This document shows positions 19,801 through 21,829 of a DNA stretch of 21,829 nucleotides, piece after piece. The translations under genes were made by a program, and so were the position numbers. The DNA is from a virus. The DNA lies in the IMG/VR virus record IMGVR_UViG_3300028844_002207, positions 1 through 21,829 of that record; one strand, 5' to 3'. The notes under the pieces are model-generated. The model was given only the letters and a program-made list of their open reading frames with translations, searched no databases and was not told the DNA's origin. The stretch's first letter is position 1. Every line of letters starts with the position of its first letter.

Positions 19801-19933
19801 TGCAAAGAGTGCTACTCAACGTAAGAAGTTTAGACATTATTCTAATAATGTTATTTTACGTAGAAATGTATCTGGAAACAGAAAGATGTTATTGAGATTA
19901 AATAATACTAAACTTTTACTATCACAAAGATAA
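13802..19933 (+). CDS. Muzzle / tail stabilisation protein (P22 gp10-like, crAss Tstab) with inserted vWA domain (2043 aa)
   Basis: N-terminal NTFTKGMNKD motif, FMRDEQYAFFIRW, and SWTVSYDPKSKAWISFHDWHP...WRHN...NYYG near the C-terminus, as recalled for crAss-like muzzle proteins. Size and gene order fit. DVSGS MIDAS motif at 18407-18421. Confidence 0.75.
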   Translation: MAKKETPPQPQGKGSSSVNINTFTKGMNKDVAPSFEGQQAWWHARNAANNSEDGDIGMIGNEPSNLSCGVIPYTVIGAIHRYGDEWIVFSTDNVSSEIGRFDDSECKYTTLVNDPCLNFTKKHLITGAAKENFDCTWEVYWDDANNPSRALNIDDIPWKKVQITGPDIDGDPCVRYEIIEPKKLDCQEIRLAPLVDTPCIELDKATDGGMLRNGTYQAFIAYVENEQKVTDYIGISNLQSLFSHQGSDSSLNIKVSNLDQDYYYYELVLLMRNQGQTLAKRIGLYSTEQSDINIDFIDPALPAIDLKLIPLRSPAYEKSESMFVVNDWLIRQGPTEQFDFNYQPIANQIQTNWVINSLSSKYYTLGGNKLGFMRDEQYAFFIRWIYNTGERSSSYHIPGRAPENYNGTMENEIVFGDNVLNTDGEPLFKVYNTATATNLNLNEPQEDNSLVIARGKMGYWESTELYPSNRPDIWGNLCGKPIRHHKMPDESIGGANSPLHISTTDGDNINLVGVEFTNIGRPKYNDGSYIENVVGYEILRGSRQGARSILAKGMFKNMRKYDIPDSENILGNSQGLYPNYPYNSLQHDVFFQDGTRNKTTENFCDQGDFTGSINHYEPLKGFTKDVFSFHAPDLMFAKPFLNAYETKIYGNIHGKSAGRFTPSEDHPQFKLLRPAAASLAVVIGIGYALNAVQGTTNKKALPVQGLNPVYAPWFVGGFTNGGTVTGGFTAAPASIGALAIGNAIWDILLDTLLDDLVDFADIYAGGIVSSTQLNIQGATNFVKTAVPGTQGGGIEEGTVYDKPEAAMPSLLRGIIGVSMAQKNIAIGGDEIIDLFYNMVSFYDFVLKYNSTGFFNNFAKINQNDIFRTKNNDSNYIGSSFQTFDGIKYKINNLFRPSTVAVSTEKELAIPTTVDYSRFALGGYVRTDGSVNDFQNSLIKDFSKAERQTSISALYGALKFNFDNQYGQLDGIKQIQMRGCVELLDNNLPPEALYTSKPIFSGDVSINRYTEKCIMPIFTNFLKGQPNGHAFDYSLYVNIPYPRFWLNSTKFDISNMAREVATLGLASGSWEDALPTNQFYLDRGSGNCQSTNLFGSLFGGSGGGGNLNPAFQMKRAYMYTHINGINEFFVESEVNLAYRDWEDSPDKRFYDAYEYNDLGVLFHADNIKADNFYKYDDSLSGSKFPTQMTSFGQVQPRDYDPYVSETCFVSYPKRLIYSLQAQEESKRDYWRVFLNNNYKDFKNEVSVIKPINKNGALIFFPYLSPQMFQGLDTLKTQLDTKLTIGDGGLFSQPFQNVANADLSNEYGSCESLRGVINTPLGLFFISQQQGKIFQYAGKGMDPISNNGMKWWFNKYLPSRFIKQFPSSENTQWTDNPVAGVGCQVMYDSVDDIVYFMKKDYQLKPDYIGQATFVDRPFKPVEIRGEARVPVSIDIGDPVYFDDCSWTVSYDPKSKAWISFHDWHPELALPSINHFFTTKTVTTTIPQCPPGYNFNSTTGLCEIGINESIPAEVTIENIAATIGGGPVNCLVDVVISMDVSGSTNQFGRRAAQQTWLTAFLNDPQIQTFMSNSQMQIGFDVWDGAARVYTMPGGVTMSHTITEAQATAWYNANWTGGSTNVLLGLQTGNGILTNPANSTLGDRTSQPNYRAIQILITDTTSAPGNNVGQTFTSVGAGTAPAYQFVYAMYCGATSSIPPTPGVLNDISMSNGPVNVDPFQFGINASDPTTFQSVATAIAGAVCGTDFTCDCPAGYTKVFLDPVTSTYTATSGACDDVTPPICRKVTCECPTSTVPGSTTTQSGTCPDTAPGIFIIGDPTWIDPTPLICNYFYFDSVTPNYNVGGFWRHNVRCDSFVNYYGEDYPWEIDLISNTGQSVNTVRSFEYQLETYVYKGDPQYNMCGGDKWEDLDFNFDASIIYNNDQTSGLLLLNPQPVNSPWTNLDFPTLQFNGIQILVSKVEHKFRFNQFWDVTNDRGEFTNAEQPIFDTSCNGYVRPLNYININYAKSATQRKKFRHYSNNVILRRNVSGNRKMLLRLNNTKLLLSQR

Positions 19934-21828
19934 TGGCACGTAAAAAAAGCATAGGACTACCGGGAGGACCAAATGAATATCTTCAAGATATAACACAATA
20001 TATATCTGTAGATGGTTATAAACGTACTAGCTCTGATAAAACCAATCCGGTTAATATCATTGAGTCAGGTTCAATAACAATGGAGGATGTAGATTTTCCT
20101 GTTATGGGAACAGATAATCTAGGTAATAGTCAGATAATGATGCCTGGTAATAACTATCAGTTTCCAGGAGATAGTGTGTTAGAAGTACCTATGGCACAGA
20201 CAGGTTATGAAGTTCCAAAAAGAAATGGTGTTAGGGACAATGAGGATGGTTCTGTGTCCACACATCTTATGGCAACTGAAACTTTAGATGGTAAAAATTG
20301 GTTTTCTTTTCCTACATTATTTCAAGATGAAGATGGTACTTGGGTTGACATGTCTGAACAAGCAAAAATAGACTGGAAGCCTGTATATGAAGAAGCTAAA
20401 AGAAGAGGTGAGATTATAGACTTTGGAAAAGATAAAGAACGTGCATTAAAGTTTGGTAAAGGTTCTTGGAAACCTAAAATGAAACTTGGTGGTGGTTTAT
20501 TAGATAAAACCATGGAATGCAATAGTTGTGGTTGGAAATGGAAAGCTGCAGATGGTGGAGCTGATGTCTCTACATGTCACAAGTGTGGTGGTAGTGCATT
20601 ACCAAAAGCTCAAAATGCAGGTGAGGACATAGGAGTAAAAATTGATGATGATGTTGTTAAAAATTCATTTCAAAGTCAGTGGTTAGATTCACCAATGTAT
20701 AAGGAAATCTTAGCAAATGAAGTTGGCCCAAATGATGACGCTGACTTTATAACTTTTGGTAGAAAATCTAATTTAGAAAATATAAATCTTGAGCTTGAAG
20801 ATGGTGTAAAAGAAGGAAATGAGGGAACAGCTGCAGTATCATATAATAATAATGGAAAGATTAAATTTTATGAACCAGCACAAGCTGGTTTGGATCAAGA
20901 TCATGTTCATGTAAATACTGCTGAACATGAAATAGGTCATAGTAGTGATAGAGTAGGGCCCGACACACGGGCTAAATATATGGTAAATTTATCTTTAAAG
21001 GATAAAGCAGCTTTAGCAAATTTTACTGGTTCAATGACATCACCTTTTGTTAGTTTAGCAAATGCAGGATATAATTTTTTAACTGACCAACCATTAAATG
21101 ATTTACAAAGAAGAGGTATGCAGATTACAAAAAATCTGGGTACAGATAGGCTTATACCTGAAAAAACTGTTAAAAGATTTAATGATGAAAGACTTAATAT
21201 AGAGGGTTATGATGATAATGGAGTTCCTATAATAAATAATTATGATGAAGCATACTATGAGAAATATGATGATAAAGGTAATCCTATAGTAAAGTTTAAC
21301 AGGGATGGGACTATACAAGAAGGATCTATAGGTATTTCTAAAGATAGTTGGGCTGATTATGTGTCTGAACCAACAGAAGCTAGAACTAGATTAAATACAA
21401 TTAGATCAGCAGCACAAGATTTAGGTATATATGATCCTTTTACGGAAAAGTTAACTCCAGAAAAATATCAAGAATTAAAATCTAGAGTGAAAGATTTAGA
21501 TAGAGGAGAAGATAGTGGTTATAATCCTTTATTACAGTTGCAAGATATATATAGTGATGATGAAATATTTGATATGCTTAATACTGTATCAGATGCATCT
21601 AAAGATTCTAAATCAAGGTATGCACAAAAAGGCGGTGCAATTCCAAAAGCACAAACAGGTAATAGAGGTAATAATACATTAGATGAGGCAGTCATTCCTG
21701 TTTTAGAAGGAGCAGCTGAAAAGGCAGATGAATTTTCTACATGGCTAGGTAAACAAACTAAGGATTTAATGAGTCCAGATCTTGATATAGAAACTAGATT
21801 AAAAATGTTTGAACAAGTAAGACCTGTT
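19933..21828 (+). CDS. Modular virion cargo/ejection protein, 3'-truncated (>632 aa), with Zn ribbon and HExxH zincin-like domain
   Basis: The ATG overlaps the muzzle stop (TAATG) and the frame stays open to the window end (MARKKSIGLPGGPNEY...FEQVRPV; manual translation). CNSCG...CHKCG at 20518-20589, HEIGH at 20926-20940, YVSEPTEARTR at 21358-21390. Absent from the supplied ORF track because it has no stop codon in the window. Confidence 0.85.
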   Translation, partial: MARKKSIGLPGGPNEYLQDITQYISVDGYKRTSSDKTNPVNIIESGSITMEDVDFPVMGTDNLGNSQIMMPGNNYQFPGDSVLEVPMAQTGYEVPKRNGVRDNEDGSVSTHLMATETLDGKNWFSFPTLFQDEDGTWVDMSEQAKIDWKPVYEEAKRRGEIIDFGKDKERALKFGKGSWKPKMKLGGGLLDKTMECNSCGWKWKAADGGADVSTCHKCGGSALPKAQNAGEDIGVKIDDDVVKNSFQSQWLDSPMYKEILANEVGPNDDADFITFGRKSNLENINLELEDGVKEGNEGTAAVSYNNNGKIKFYEPAQAGLDQDHVHVNTAEHEIGHSSDRVGPDTRAKYMVNLSLKDKAALANFTGSMTSPFVSLANAGYNFLTDQPLNDLQRRGMQITKNLGTDRLIPEKTVKRFNDERLNIEGYDDNGVPIINNYDEAYYEKYDDKGNPIVKFNRDGTIQEGSIGISKDSWADYVSEPTEARTRLNTIRSAAQDLGIYDPFTEKLTPEKYQELKSRVKDLDRGEDSGYNPLLQLQDIYSDDEIFDMLNTVSDASKDSKSRYAQKGGAIPKAQTGNRGNNTLDEAVIPVLEGAAEKADEFSTWLGKQTKDLMSPDLDIETRLKMFEQVRPV

Positions 21829-21829
21829 T

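Noticed and set aside
301-21318. Minus-strand ORFs in the track (e.g. 301-543, 1016-1327, 3593-3841, 8431-8868, 9190-9570, 13912-14238, 20322-20522, 21103-21318)
   Set aside because: All overlap long + strand genes and read like antisense shadows of biased codons. They show no recognisable motifs or expression signals.
1-21829. tRNA, rRNA, integrase or transposase genes
   Set aside because: Intergenic spaces are at most ~130 nt with no cloverleaf, and no recombinase or transposase motifs were seen.

Overview
This AT-rich window is coded entirely on the + strand. It looks like the virion/tail module of a crAss-like (Crassvirales-related) podophage, probably infecting an environmental Bacteroidota/Flavobacteriia host. 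Gene order: a 5'-truncated tail fibre ending in an FN3-like domain (2-1087), a small acidic ORF, a 581-aa putative receptor-binding protein, and a 1168-aa modular fibre with internal repeats and two collagen tracts. Two small fibre-associated proteins follow, then two Cys-rich FN3 proteins (one with a vWA domain) and a terminator-bracketed calcineurin-like metallophosphoesterase. The window ends with a crAss-type block: IHF/HU-like protein, two ring/tail-tube proteins, a 2043-aa muzzle/tail-stabilisation protein, and a 3'-truncated cargo protein (19933 to end) that is missing from the ORF track. Four things stand out. (1) The cargo protein is a chain of modules (unknown domains, Zn ribbon, HExxH zincin) separated by a recurring AQxG(G)-like linker, which suggests a processed polyprotein. 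(2) Two Cys-bracketed vWA/MIDAS domains, one inserted into the muzzle, occur alongside collagen and FN3 domains. (3) An 86-aa gene cassette has a host-type promoter, and its 5' leader is complementary to its 3' hairpin. (4) A 20-bp phage-specific motif precedes two structural operons. All functional calls come from motif recognition and gene order only; no database searches were run.
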